Origin: a virus
Virus record (IMG/VR): IMGVR_UViG_3300021425_003021
Location: 32,001 to 96,000 of that record
DNA length: 64,000 nucleotides
Direction: 5' to 3' (one strand)
Position 1 is the stretch's first letter, and every line of letters starts with the position of its first letter. The translations under genes and the position numbers were made by a program. The notes beneath the pieces are model-generated. The model ran no database searches and was not told the DNA's origin. It worked only from the letters and a program-made list of their open reading frames with translations. Positions 10,625 to 21,005 of this stretch are shown piece by piece.

Positions 10625-12651
10625 TGGCATATGAAATTCCATTTACAGACGAAGCCAATAAAGGCACAATTACAGTTGAAGATAGTAGCATAAACACAGA
10701 TACAAGTGTGCAATTAATCGGTAGAAATTTAGCCGACTATGGTAGTAGTTTGAACACTAATTTCTTGCATATGCTAGAAAACTTTGCAGATGCAAATCCA
10801 CCTGCAAATCCTGTTGAAGGGCAGTTATGGTACGATACTACTGCTGGCATCGACCAGTTGAAAATTTATGATGGTACGCAATGGGTAGCTGCCGGAGGTG
10901 TAAAAAAGTCAGCAGTGCAACCTGCAATAGACAACAGTGTGGTTGGAGATATTTGGGTTGATACTGAAAATAGTCAAATGTACATTTACACGGGTAGTGG
11001 TTATGTTTTAGTAGGACCGCAATATAGTTCTGCAGAAATTACTGGTGCAATATCTCTTGAAGTTGATAGGGCAGATGATGGTCCTAAGAAAAAAGTAACA
11101 GCAATATACAGTGAAAACGTAATTGTTGCTATTGTAAGCGACGAAGATTTTGCACCAAAAAGTAATGTTGCTGGTTACACTTCAACCTATCCTTTTAAAA
11201 TCGGTATCAATTTAAATAGGTCGCTAACTTCTATTTTAAACGGCACAGCAGATCGAGCAAATAACATGGTTATTAACAATTTGCCAGTGCCTGGTACAAG
11301 TTTTGTAAGAAATGATGCAGAAGCTGGCAAACAAACTCTTAATGTTCCTTTAAGAATCAGCGACAATAGAGGCATTGAATTTGGGTCTACTAAGAATCTT
11401 AGTATATTTGTAGAAGATGCAGATAGTGTTATTGAACATTTTGGAACTGGTACACTAGATTTAAGAACAAATGTAACGGCTGTTCCGGCTATTAGAGTAA
11501 AGCAACAAGAAAGTTCAAATGTAACCGGTATTAATAATCCAAGCCCTACTGAGGCTTTAGACGTTACAGGAAATTTACTTACTAGCGGTACAATTAAAAC
11601 ATCGGACACAACTAATTCAACTAGCAGTATAACCGGTTCAATAACAACACCGGGAGGTCTTGGTGTTGCTCGTGATGTACACGTTGGCGGAACTCTTACC
11701 GTTGCAAGCAATATTACAGCTGAAAATATTTTACCAGAAAATAATAATCAACAAAACATTGGTAGTAGTGCGTTATACTACGATAATTTGTATGCCAATA
11801 GAATTAACACAACATCAATTCAACCAAAAGCAGGTAGTAGTTTAAGCATTACAGGAACATTAACTGGTACAGCTACTAGTGCTGGAAAATTAAACAGCCA
11901 AACTACTTTTAGATTATCAGGCGAAGTTACAGCTGATAGTTTTACATTTGATGGACAAACAGGTGGACTAACCAAAACACTTGCAAACAGTGTAATTGAT
12001 CCTTCTTTTGTAACAAATAAAGATGAAATACCAAGCGATATTGTAGGCACAGACGAATTCTTAATTGCTAGAGGTAGTAGTTTATACAAAGCAACACATA
12101 CAGATGTTATTGGAAGTATACAAACTATTCCAATTGGAACTGTAAATGCATATGCAGGAACTACTGCACCTCCGGGTTGGTTAATATGTAACGGTGATCC
12201 GTATCAGCAAAACGAATATAATTTATTGTTTCTTCGTATAGGTACAACATATGGCGATGCAGGCCCAGGCACATTTAGAGTACCAGACTTAGCAGGTAGA
12301 CATCCAGTTGGTTTACTAGGATCACCTTCTAATAATAACAATAGAATTACATCAGGCACAGGTACTATCGGTAGTGTAAGCGGTAATCCTACAAGCACTA
12401 TTACTGAAGCTAATCTACCAGATCACGAACACGTTTTAGAAAGCGACACAGGAGATCAGTTTTATGCTACAAGTACAGTTGCAAGTTTGACAGGAACTGG
12501 AACTAGTGCAGGCGGCGCACCAGATACTGGTGCAAGTGGAACTAAAATCACTAATACAGGTGGATTACCAGCTGAAACCAATACACCGTTGGATACTACT
12601 GATCCGTTTGTTGCAATGAATTATATTATATACACGGGGCAAATAGTATGA
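10624..12651 (+). CDS. Baseplate/short tail fibre protein with phage tail collar domain
   Basis: Tail collar motif IPIGTVNAYAGTTAPPGWLICNG...LFLRIGTTYG...FRVPDLAGR and C-terminal PFVAMNYII; N-terminal domain shared with the next two ORFs. Confidence 0.85.
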   Translation: MAYEIPFTDEANKGTITVEDSSINTDTSVQLIGRNLADYGSSLNTNFLHMLENFADANPPANPVEGQLWYDTTAGIDQLKIYDGTQWVAAGGVKKSAVQPAIDNSVVGDIWVDTENSQMYIYTGSGYVLVGPQYSSAEITGAISLEVDRADDGPKKKVTAIYSENVIVAIVSDEDFAPKSNVAGYTSTYPFKIGINLNRSLTSILNGTADRANNMVINNLPVPGTSFVRNDAEAGKQTLNVPLRISDNRGIEFGSTKNLSIFVEDADSVIEHFGTGTLDLRTNVTAVPAIRVKQQESSNVTGINNPSPTEALDVTGNLLTSGTIKTSDTTNSTSSITGSITTPGGLGVARDVHVGGTLTVASNITAENILPENNNQQNIGSSALYYDNLYANRINTTSIQPKAGSSLSITGTLTGTATSAGKLNSQTTFRLSGEVTADSFTFDGQTGGLTKTLANSVIDPSFVTNKDEIPSDIVGTDEFLIARGSSLYKATHTDVIGSIQTIPIGTVNAYAGTTAPPGWLICNGDPYQQNEYNLLFLRIGTTYGDAGPGTFRVPDLAGRHPVGLLGSPSNNNNRITSGTGTIGSVSGNPTSTITEANLPDHEHVLESDTGDQFYATSTVASLTGTGTSAGGAPDTGASGTKITNTGGLPAETNTPLDTTDPFVAMNYIIYTGQIV

Positions 12652-14543
12652 GTTATAGATTAAACAAAACTGACGGTACACTGTTAACTGAACTAATTGA
12701 TGGAAAGATTGATAACACAAGCACCGATTTAACGTTTATTGGAAAAAACTATCAAGGATTTGGCGAATTTTTAAATGAAAATTTTATTAAATTATTAGAA
12801 AATTTTGCCAATGTTTCTGCTCCATCAAAACCTATCAAAGGCCAGGTTTGGTTTGATACAACAGTTGATAGACTAAAAGTTTATGACGGATCTACATTCA
12901 GAAGTACAGATAGTAGTGTAATCAGTGGTTCTGCACCACTTGAACCTGTTACAGGTGACATATGGATAGATAGTACTAAAAACCAAATTTATTTTTGGGA
13001 CGGAACTGACTGGATTTTAATAGGACCAGTATATGATAAAACTCAAGGTCTTAGTGGACTAAAAGTTGAAACTGTAAAAGATACATTTGGTTTAAACAAA
13101 GTTATTGTAAAAGTTTTCGTTGGTGGTACACCATTGATGATTATAGCTAGAGAGTCTTTTACTCCAGCACCAGAAATTGCAGGGTTTGGCAGTTTACGTT
13201 TAGGAATAAATGTAAACAATCAGTACAGCACATTTGTATTTGATGGAATTGCAGATAAAGCATTAGCAATTACAGATGAACTTGGAACCGAATTTAGAAT
13301 AAATGATTTTGTCAGCGCAACCGACGAAGACGGTGACGATATGGCTGGTAGATTACGTATCAATACAAATGCTGGATTGATATTTGGTTCAAATACAAAT
13401 CATCAATTAAAAGTTACTGGTTCAAATGTTCAATTTGTAAACAACAATCGTGATGATAATTTAGAAATTAAATTAAAAAATATCAGTGGAGAATATACTG
13501 GACAGTTTTTTGATGGTGAAAATCGCAGAATTGGTATATTAAATAATTCACCTGCTTATACTCTTGATGTTACAGGCGATCAACGTATTACAGGTGACTT
13601 AAGAATTGAAGGCGATTTAACAGTAGGAACTATTGTTAATGAAGATGTTACTAGTTTAAGAGTTGCTGATAAAAATATACAATTAGCTATTCCTGACGAT
13701 AGTTCGTTGTTAGATAGTACAAGCGAGTTTATCGACGATGCTGGCTTACTAATCGAGACTACAGGTGGTAGTATTAAATGGACTTACAGAGTAGAAACAG
13801 CATCTTGGACAACTGAAGATAATATCAATATTGATGATCCAAATGGTGCTTATTTGCTAGACGGCACAGTTTTGATTGATCGTACAAGTATTGCATCTAC
13901 TGTCACTTCTGCACCAGGGCTTGTAAATATTGGTAGCCTAAGTTCTCTTACAGTTGATAACATAACAATTGATGGTAATCGTATTACTAACAGCACTGCT
14001 GATTTAGAACTTTCTTCAAATGGTCCTATAACAGTTGTAGGTGTATCACAAGAAATCAAAGGTGTAAAAACACCAATCAGCGGTAGAGCAGTTGTAGAAA
14101 ATCCATCATTAACAGAATCAGATGATGATGCAGTTGCAACAAAAGGATATGTGGATACTGAAATTGGCGCAAAGACACTGGTATTTGGAATAGATGTTAC
14201 AGGCTTGACTGTGAGCATTGGTACCGGAGCAAGTATAAATGCTGATGTAAAAGATATTTTAACAAGTTTAGTAGATCCAACTACTGTTCCGGGTAATACT
14301 CAAGCTGCTATCCACGGTACTTCGATTGCAGCAAGTGGCACCGATACAGCAGATGTAAACAGTGAAGTAAGTAAAAGCAGTATTGCAGTTGACAGTGCAG
14401 GTACACAAAACGTTAGTGTTTTACAAGATTTTACTATTGCTGATGTATCTATTGTTCCTACATTTACAGTTACAAGGTACACTATTAAATTTAAAACTGT
14501 TGCAGGAGTTTGGACACACGTTGAAACAACCGCATATACATAA
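12648..14543 (+). CDS. Tail fibre/baseplate structural protein (paralogous N-terminus)
   Basis: N-terminal IGKNYQGFGEFLNENFIKLLENFA...P..P..GQVWFD; DAVATKGYVD fibre motif; ATAG/ATGA-style overlap with the previous gene. Confidence 0.75.
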   Translation: MSYRLNKTDGTLLTELIDGKIDNTSTDLTFIGKNYQGFGEFLNENFIKLLENFANVSAPSKPIKGQVWFDTTVDRLKVYDGSTFRSTDSSVISGSAPLEPVTGDIWIDSTKNQIYFWDGTDWILIGPVYDKTQGLSGLKVETVKDTFGLNKVIVKVFVGGTPLMIIARESFTPAPEIAGFGSLRLGINVNNQYSTFVFDGIADKALAITDELGTEFRINDFVSATDEDGDDMAGRLRINTNAGLIFGSNTNHQLKVTGSNVQFVNNNRDDNLEIKLKNISGEYTGQFFDGENRRIGILNNSPAYTLDVTGDQRITGDLRIEGDLTVGTIVNEDVTSLRVADKNIQLAIPDDSSLLDSTSEFIDDAGLLIETTGGSIKWTYRVETASWTTEDNINIDDPNGAYLLDGTVLIDRTSIASTVTSAPGLVNIGSLSSLTVDNITIDGNRITNSTADLELSSNGPITVVGVSQEIKGVKTPISGRAVVENPSLTESDDDAVATKGYVDTEIGAKTLVFGIDVTGLTVSIGTGASINADVKDILTSLVDPTTVPGNTQAAIHGTSIAASGTDTADVNSEVSKSSIAVDSAGTQNVSVLQDFTIADVSIVPTFTVTRYTIKFKTVAGVWTHVETTAYT

Positions 14544-14548
14544 AACAA

Positions 14549-14555
14549 ATAAATA
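14549..14555 (+). promoter_or_regulatory. T4-late-like promoter box ATAAATA
   Basis: Intergenic ATAAATA followed by GAGG SD and ATG 14580. Confidence 0.7.
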
Positions 14556-14579
14556 CTAATAATAAACTGAGGAATATCA

Positions 14580-16088
14580 ATGGCATACATAATTAACAGA
14601 TTTAGCGGAGAACAATTGTTGTCTCTCGAAGACGGAACAGTTGATAATACAACTGATTTGAAATTAATTGGCAAAAACTATAGCGGATACGGCGAAGCTC
14701 AGAACGAAAACTTTTTGTTTTTATTAGAAAGTTTTGCAGGATCTACTAGTCCGTCTAAAGCATTAAGTGGACAGGTTTGGTTTGATAGTTCTGTAAATAA
14801 ATTGAAATATTATACAGGAACAAGTTGGAAAACAGCAGGCGGCGCCGAAGTATCTAGTGTACAACCAGCAGGACTTGTTGAAGGAGACCTTTGGTATAAC
14901 AGCAATACAAATCAGTTGTTTGCTAGAACAAGTGCTAATGAATTTATTTTGGTAGGACCTCAGGCTGCCGGTTCGGGCACAACACAATTGTTAAGTACCA
15001 ATGTTGCTTCTACTCCGTCAGATGTAACAATTCCTGTAATCATTGCATTGATAGACAATAGTCCAGTATATATGATAAGTGATGTAAGTTTTACTCCTAG
15101 TAGTAACCAACCTGCAACATTAGATGATTATGATATACCAGGACATTTTCCTACAGTGAAAAAAGGTTTAACATTAATTAGAACGCCTTCAACAGGTATC
15201 ACAGGCGTAGACGACGATGCAGCTACAGCTAATTTTTGGGGTACAGCCAGCAATGCATTAAAATTAAATGGTTTAGAATCTAGTAATTTTATTACCAGTG
15301 CAGCAGCAGGTCAACCTGTGCAAATTTCAGATGATGCTGGCATGAAATTCGGCGACAGTTTAGATTTTCAAGTACACGTTACTAATGGTAATGAAGCAAC
15401 ACTATCAAACACCATAGGTGATGAAATCAAATTTCAAACATATACATCTGGCACAGGATTAATTGAAATTGCAAGAATTCAAAACGGTGCCGACACAGGT
15501 TTTTTACCTAATATTGACAATGCATACAATATAGGATCTTTAACAAAAAGATGGAATACAGTTCACGCAACAACATTCTCTGGTACTGCAACTAAAGCAG
15601 ACAGTTTAGTTGTTGATAGTATTGACTATGCAGGGTCATTAACAAGCACTGCAAGCACTGTAGCAATAAGAGATGGAAACGGAAATTTAGTTGCAAATGT
15701 ATTTACTGGAACAGCTACTCGTGCTAGATATGCCGATTTAGCAGAAAAATACACAACTGGTGAAACAGAATTGCCAGCAGGAACCGCAGTAGCAGTTGGT
15801 GCAGATGATTGTTGTGAAGTAGTTCCTGCAAAAGCCAGTGATATGTGCATAGGTGTTGTTTCAACTGATCCTGCATATATGATGAACAGTGAAGCTGATG
15901 GACAATATATAGGTTTAAAAGGACGCTTACCTGTGCGTGTAAAAGGTGCAGTTAAAAAAGGACAACCAGTATATGCGTGGGAAGAAGGTGTGTGCAGCAC
16001 TGTGCAAACCAGTGCATTAGTTGGTGTAGCACTTGAGTCAAACGATAGCGAAGAAGAGAAATTAGTCGAGTGTGTCTTAAAGACATAA
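14580..16088 (+). CDS. Tail fibre/spike with C-terminal peptidase G2-like intramolecular chaperone (autocleavage) domain
   Basis: Same N-terminal domain as the two preceding ORFs. C-terminal RYADLAEKY...GVVSTDPAYMMN...GLKGRLPVRVKG matches the phi29 gp12-type autoproteolytic chaperone pattern. Confidence 0.75.
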   Translation: MAYIINRFSGEQLLSLEDGTVDNTTDLKLIGKNYSGYGEAQNENFLFLLESFAGSTSPSKALSGQVWFDSSVNKLKYYTGTSWKTAGGAEVSSVQPAGLVEGDLWYNSNTNQLFARTSANEFILVGPQAAGSGTTQLLSTNVASTPSDVTIPVIIALIDNSPVYMISDVSFTPSSNQPATLDDYDIPGHFPTVKKGLTLIRTPSTGITGVDDDAATANFWGTASNALKLNGLESSNFITSAAAGQPVQISDDAGMKFGDSLDFQVHVTNGNEATLSNTIGDEIKFQTYTSGTGLIEIARIQNGADTGFLPNIDNAYNIGSLTKRWNTVHATTFSGTATKADSLVVDSIDYAGSLTSTASTVAIRDGNGNLVANVFTGTATRARYADLAEKYTTGETELPAGTAVAVGADDCCEVVPAKASDMCIGVVSTDPAYMMNSEADGQYIGLKGRLPVRVKGAVKKGQPVYAWEEGVCSTVQTSALVGVALESNDSEEEKLVECVLKT

Positions 16089-16091
16089 GTA
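16085..16091 (+). promoter_or_regulatory. Late-like promoter variant ATAAGTA
   Basis: Overlaps stop codon, followed by AAGGTG SD and ATG 16110; same variant recurs at 35257. Confidence 0.5.
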
Positions 16092-16109
16092 TATAAAAGG
16101 TGAACATAT

Positions 16110-17291
16110 ATGGTAAATCAAATAATTTCTGCTGCTCGATACAATGTGCTACAATCTAGAATTGGAAATATTTTAGGAGTAGGTGTTAATGACACCGGTT
16201 ATAATCAAACAATATCTTCATCCCAAGTACCAAAAGACAGTGTAGTTACTGCTGTAGAAATGAATCATTTATATTCTGATTTAATTAAAATCAGAGCTCA
16301 TCAAATTGGTTCTGAACCATTAAGTTTAATTAAACAAGTTTACGATAATTCTGATCAAGTTAGTATAGCAAATGCTATAATTAACACCGGTAACAATAAC
16401 GTAGTAACTATTACAACAAATGAAAATCATTTATTACTTGATGGCTTATGGGTTGATCAATTTGTCGGTGTAACCGGTATGACACAATTAAACGGTGTAT
16501 CTGGATATGCTAAAGTTTTGTCTGCAACTGAATTTGAACTATATCAAAACTATGATAGAACACAACCTAATCCATTTACACAACCAATTGGTGATGTAAC
16601 CTGGGGCGGTTATGTATCAGGCGGCGCATTCAATCATACCATAGGTGAAGAGTCATACATATCATATGAAAATTTAACCAGCACTTGCGAAAACGCAAGA
16701 TTTAATGTAGATGCTACACAAGCAGATCCTGCGGTAAAAAGCACTGTTACAAGATCTGATTTATGGGGAGGTGTATCTACACCACAAATTGTTTCTCATG
16801 AATTCCAAGTCACATTTACAAGTGCAAATGCTCGCAGAGGTTTTTTCAATGCCGGCGGAGAATTGAGATTTAGTGCAAATTTAAGTAACATTCCTGCTTT
16901 AGGAGCAGACAATTATCAAAAATCGGCAGACTGGCAAGCAATGTTAACCAATATGGGTACAATTAAATTTAATTATCAAGAAACTGTTAGTGCTCTTTCA
17001 AACGGTGTAGGATCAGCTATTGGTAATTATGACTTGACAAACACATATCAGGTTGTGTATACTAAAACTGGAAGTGCAGTTTATGTTGAAAATGAGTACA
17101 CAGTAAAAATTAAAGAAAACAACAATAAACAAATACAGGTTTTGATAGAGTTTACTGATGATGCAAATGGTAACGGTGGCGCAGATGAAAGAGTTGAAGG
17201 CGACTTAGAAAGTGTCTTAACAGAGTATCGTGCAACCGGACCTTATGTAGAATCTGAATCACCTACAATTTCTATATTACAAAGTTTATAA
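16110..17291 (+). CDS. Virion structural protein with inserted E1-FCCH-like beta domain
   Basis: Shares F/W-x-SANAR-x2-FNAGG-x2-RF-x-A and DW-x2-L-x2-MG-x-I-x-F with the next ORF; internal VTITTNENHLL.DG..V....GVTGMTQLNG segment. Confidence 0.6.
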   Translation: MVNQIISAARYNVLQSRIGNILGVGVNDTGYNQTISSSQVPKDSVVTAVEMNHLYSDLIKIRAHQIGSEPLSLIKQVYDNSDQVSIANAIINTGNNNVVTITTNENHLLLDGLWVDQFVGVTGMTQLNGVSGYAKVLSATEFELYQNYDRTQPNPFTQPIGDVTWGGYVSGGAFNHTIGEESYISYENLTSTCENARFNVDATQADPAVKSTVTRSDLWGGVSTPQIVSHEFQVTFTSANARRGFFNAGGELRFSANLSNIPALGADNYQKSADWQAMLTNMGTIKFNYQETVSALSNGVGSAIGNYDLTNTYQVVYTKTGSAVYVENEYTVKIKENNNKQIQVLIEFTDDANGNGGADERVEGDLESVLTEYRATGPYVESESPTISILQSL

Positions 17292-17300
17292 GGATTAAAG

Positions 17301-18386
17301 ATGACAGCTGGAACACCGATAGTAGCTTCAGATTACAATGGAATATACAACCTAATGTCTCCTGTAATAGGTCCAGTTTCTTCAAATGTAGACATTGGGT
17401 TTGGCAGATCGTTATTGAGTAGTACAGTGGTTGGTGGAGGTACTCCTGGTGTTAGTGACGAAATTACAGCATTACAGCAAAATAATTTATGGAAAGATTT
17501 ACAAGCAGGATATATACACCAGTATGGTACTCCAAATACGAGGGTAGATGTAAATGATATAGAAATTGGTGATATAGTGTACTATGCTAACATTACTGAT
17601 TTTACAAATTTTGCAAATGATGTTTTAGCGTTTGATAGAAATGTTACAGAGTTTCCTGTAGCAAATTTTGACGAATCTGGTATGCTTACAACAAGTTCAA
17701 CTAGTGTTACTAGCACACGTTCTACTGCGTGGGGTACAGGTGCAAACTATAGAATAGGACATAGAGTCACAGTTACTTGGGCTAGTGCAAATGCTCGTAA
17801 TCATTATTTTAATGCTGGTGGCCAAATTAGATTTGATGCTAGTCTTACAGGCGGTACTAGTAGCACTGCTAATACAAAAGATTGGGATTGGGCTAGAATT
17901 TTATCTGAAATGGGAAAAATACGTTTTTGGAAAAAATCTACTGATTATTTTTGTGAATCGTTAGGAACAGGCGGCACAGGCAGTCAAAATGCAATAAGCG
18001 CATTTAGTAATAATACAGCTACTAGTGGCGGATTTTTTAATAGTGCAACACGAATCTATACAAAACAAGGCGGCGGAGTTACTGGAGGTAATCCTGGCGC
18101 TATTCCTGTTACTCAAATTTACGACGACAATGAATATCAAATTAATATTGTTGTGCCTAACACAAGTCAAATGATATTTGAAATTATTTTTGATGATAGC
18201 GACACTGGTACTGGATTTCAGCAAGAAGTAGGTGAACAAGGTACTCTTGAAGATGAACAAGTTACAGGAACTGTAACAAGTAACTTGTATACATTTACTC
18301 CTAATAGTACATTTGACATTGGCGCAAGTACTTTCGATGCAATAGTGCAAACTCCTCCAACGGGTGCAGTTGACAGTTCACTTTAA
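17301..18386 (+). CDS. Virion structural protein, paralog of 16110..17291
   Basis: Gly/Thr/Ser-rich; WASANARNHYFNAGGQIRFDA and DWARILSEMGKIRF shared with the previous ORF. Confidence 0.6.
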   Translation: MTAGTPIVASDYNGIYNLMSPVIGPVSSNVDIGFGRSLLSSTVVGGGTPGVSDEITALQQNNLWKDLQAGYIHQYGTPNTRVDVNDIEIGDIVYYANITDFTNFANDVLAFDRNVTEFPVANFDESGMLTTSSTSVTSTRSTAWGTGANYRIGHRVTVTWASANARNHYFNAGGQIRFDASLTGGTSSTANTKDWDWARILSEMGKIRFWKKSTDYFCESLGTGGTGSQNAISAFSNNTATSGGFFNSATRIYTKQGGGVTGGNPGAIPVTQIYDDNEYQINIVVPNTSQMIFEIIFDDSDTGTGFQQEVGEQGTLEDEQVTGTVTSNLYTFTPNSTFDIGASTFDAIVQTPPTGAVDSSL

Positions 18387-18389
18387 CCT

Positions 18390-18418
18390 TTGACAATTAT
18401 CTAAATTTGTTATATACT
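18390..18418 (+). promoter_or_regulatory. Sigma70-type promoter TTGACA-17-TATACT
   Basis: TTGACA 18390-18395, 17-nt spacer, TATACT 18413-18418, exactly at the junction between the structural module and the enzyme island. Confidence 0.8.
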
Positions 18419-18444
18419 AGTGACTATTATATATGGAGATATCT

Positions 18445-18792
18445 ATGGACGAACGTCTTGAAAAAGCACTTGATATAAGCAATTACATGGTAACATTAAA
18501 CAATCAAACAAGATTGTTAAAAGAACAATATCAAGAAAATTTAATTCATTATTTCAACGGTGGACAATTTACAATTACGCAACAGTTGGTAAGTTTTTGT
18601 CAAAGTTTACTCACGTTACATCAGACGAATACAATTCTTATCGACGATAATGGTATACCTATTGAAATTGAAGAATTAGAAGAATTTACCACTGAAGTTG
18701 TTAGTAAATATTTTGAGGCTTCTAATAGATTTCTAATGGAATACAATAAATTAAAAGTAAATAGATCAGTTGAAAGTATTATGGATTTATGA
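18445..18792 (+). CDS. Hypothetical protein (first gene of glycosyltransferase operon)
   Basis: ORF with GGAG (18435-18438) placed for ATG 18445; overlaps the next gene. Confidence 0.6.
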   Translation: MDERLEKALDISNYMVTLNNQTRLLKEQYQENLIHYFNGGQFTITQQLVSFCQSLLTLHQTNTILIDDNGIPIEIEELEEFTTEVVSKYFEASNRFLMEYNKLKVNRSVESIMDL

Positions 18793-19616
18793 GCAAAGGT
18801 GTACTGTTATTTGCATTCAATAACGAAAGTATAAATTATATTAAACAAGCAATATTTTGTGCTAAACGTGTAAACAAATATTTAGGTTTACCTGTATCTT
18901 TGGTTACCGATGTTGAATTATCAGATAGTCAATCTAAACAGTTTGATAATATCATAAAAATTAAAAATTCTTTGTCAAACAAAAAAGCATATAGAGATGG
19001 ATCGTTAAGTAAAAGAGTTTTAAGTTTTAATAATTACGGTCGAGAATGTAGTTATGAACTGTCACCATATGACGAAACAATTGTTATGGATACTGACTAT
19101 ATTGTAGCAAATGACAAATTGTTAAATTGCTTTGCACAGCAAAAAGATCTTTTGCTATACAAAGATGCAACACATTTAGGAATATACAACGGAACACCGG
19201 AATTCAAATCAATAAGTGATGGCGGAGTTGATTTTTATTGGGCCACTGTAATTTATTTTAGAAAAAATAATATTACTGAAGCATATTTTAATTTGGTAAA
19301 ACATATAAAAGACAACTATATGCATTATAGAGGAGTTTACCAATTTAAAAATACGGTGTACAGGAATGATTTTGCTTTTAGTATTGCAGTTCACATTTTA
19401 TCAGGTTATACCAAAAATAACTTTGTTGGAGTCATTCCGGGTAAAAAGTTTTATACAATTGATAGAGATATTTTATTATCTATTAAAGATGACGAATTTA
19501 AAGTGTTGGTCGAAAAGCAAGACAGGCTTGGAGAATATACTCCAGTAAACTTTAAAGGTAGTAATTTACACGTAATGAATAAATTTAGTTTAGAAAGAGT
19601 TATTAATGAGCAATAA
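18789..19616 (+). CDS. GT-A fold nucleotide-diphospho-sugar transferase-like protein
   Basis: SPYDETIVMDTD (DxD motif), late H-x-x-x-K motif; paralog of the next ORF. Confidence 0.65.
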   Translation: MSKGVLLFAFNNESINYIKQAIFCAKRVNKYLGLPVSLVTDVELSDSQSKQFDNIIKIKNSLSNKKAYRDGSLSKRVLSFNNYGRECSYELSPYDETIVMDTDYIVANDKLLNCFAQQKDLLLYKDATHLGIYNGTPEFKSISDGGVDFYWATVIYFRKNNITEAYFNLVKHIKDNYMHYRGVYQFKNTVYRNDFAFSIAVHILSGYTKNNFVGVIPGKKFYTIDRDILLSIKDDEFKVLVEKQDRLGEYTPVNFKGSNLHVMNKFSLERVINEQ

Positions 19617-20448
19617 TTTTACTATGTTGGCGCAAAATACAGATATTGATTACGTCCAACAAGCCTATGTAAATGCTATGAGTATACGTTCTACAAATGA
19701 CGATGTAAAAATTTGTTTAGTAACTAATGACAATGTTCCAGACAAATATAAACAAGTATTTGATGATATTGTGGAGATTCCTTGGGGAGATCATGCCAAA
19801 GAATCAGATTGGAAAATTGAAAATAGATGGAAAATTTATCACGCAACTCCGTATGACGAAACAGTTGTAATGGATACGGATATGTTGGTATTACAGGATA
19901 TAAGTAGTTGGTTTGATTTTTTAAGAAATTATGATTTGTTTTTTACAAGTAATGTGTATACATATAGAAACGAATTAGTTACCAATAATTATTACAGACA
20001 TAGTTTTGTAAAAAACACTTTACCTAGTTTGTACAGTGGATTTCATTATTTTAAAAAATCAGATATTCCTCACGAATTTTATTCATGGTTAGAAATGATT
20101 ACAAACAATTGGCAAAAATTTTATAGACAACACGCAGGCGGAAGATTATATCAAAAAAAATGCAGTATAGATTTATCTGCTGCAATATCTATAAAAATTA
20201 TGAACGTAGAAAATCAAGTGACAAATCCAAGAGTTAAATATCCAAGTTTTGTGCATATGAAACCAAGAATACAAAACTGGACTAACAGTGTTGTTGACAG
20301 ATGGCAAGATCGTGTAGGAACATATTTAGGCGAAGACCTGCAACTAAAAATAGGAAATTTTACACAGAATGGAATATTTCATTATACGGAAGATGATTTT
20401 GTGTCTGACAGAATAATTAAAATTTATGAAAAGCATTTAGGAATATGA
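19606..20448 (+). CDS. GT-A fold nucleotide-diphospho-sugar transferase-like protein
   Basis: TPYDETVVMDTD (DxD), YSGFHYF, FVHMK, FHY; GT8-like layout. Confidence 0.65.
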   Translation: MSNNFTMLAQNTDIDYVQQAYVNAMSIRSTNDDVKICLVTNDNVPDKYKQVFDDIVEIPWGDHAKESDWKIENRWKIYHATPYDETVVMDTDMLVLQDISSWFDFLRNYDLFFTSNVYTYRNELVTNNYYRHSFVKNTLPSLYSGFHYFKKSDIPHEFYSWLEMITNNWQKFYRQHAGGRLYQKKCSIDLSAAISIKIMNVENQVTNPRVKYPSFVHMKPRIQNWTNSVVDRWQDRVGTYLGEDLQLKIGNFTQNGIFHYTEDDFVSDRIIKIYEKHLGI

Positions 20449-21005
20449 TAAAAGTAACACTTAACACTGATAGATATATTTGTTTTGATGAAAATGGCGA
20501 TATTGATAAAATTGCTCGCAAACCAGATGAAAACTTTGAAAATCTTTTAGTAGATTTTGAAGAAGTACGGAAGTTTGCTGAAGGAAAAGAAACATTACGT
20601 GACTATAAAGTTGAATATGATTTTATAGAAAAAAAATATGTGTTTAAAAGTAAACAACAATATCATGATAGTTTTAACACACAAAACTTTGTGTATGAAA
20701 TACCTCAAGATCAAGAATCTTTTGAAGTAAAAATTAAACAAAACAATATCGATAAATGTTGGGAACTAGAACTAGACAACGAGTTTGAAAATTACATCAA
20801 ATCACAAAATATTTCAATTAATCCTAGTCATCAAGTATACAGTGTAACAAAACTTTATGATCCGAATGTTTTGTATAAAACTTTAGACTTTACTAATAAA
20901 AATAAAATACCTTTTGATAGTAAGTTTGAATTTGACAAAGTTAATGTTAGCCTTTATACTATAAGAAAGTTTTCTACATATTATCATGAGGTTGTAAATG
21001 GCTAA
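20445..21005 (+). CDS. Hypothetical protein
   Basis: 186 aa ORF translationally coupled on both sides; no recognised motif. Confidence 0.6.
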   Translation: MIKVTLNTDRYICFDENGDIDKIARKPDENFENLLVDFEEVRKFAEGKETLRDYKVEYDFIEKKYVFKSKQQYHDSFNTQNFVYEIPQDQESFEVKIKQNNIDKCWELELDNEFENYIKSQNISINPSHQVYSVTKLYDPNVLYKTLDFTNKNKIPFDSKFEFDKVNVSLYTIRKFSTYYHEVVNG

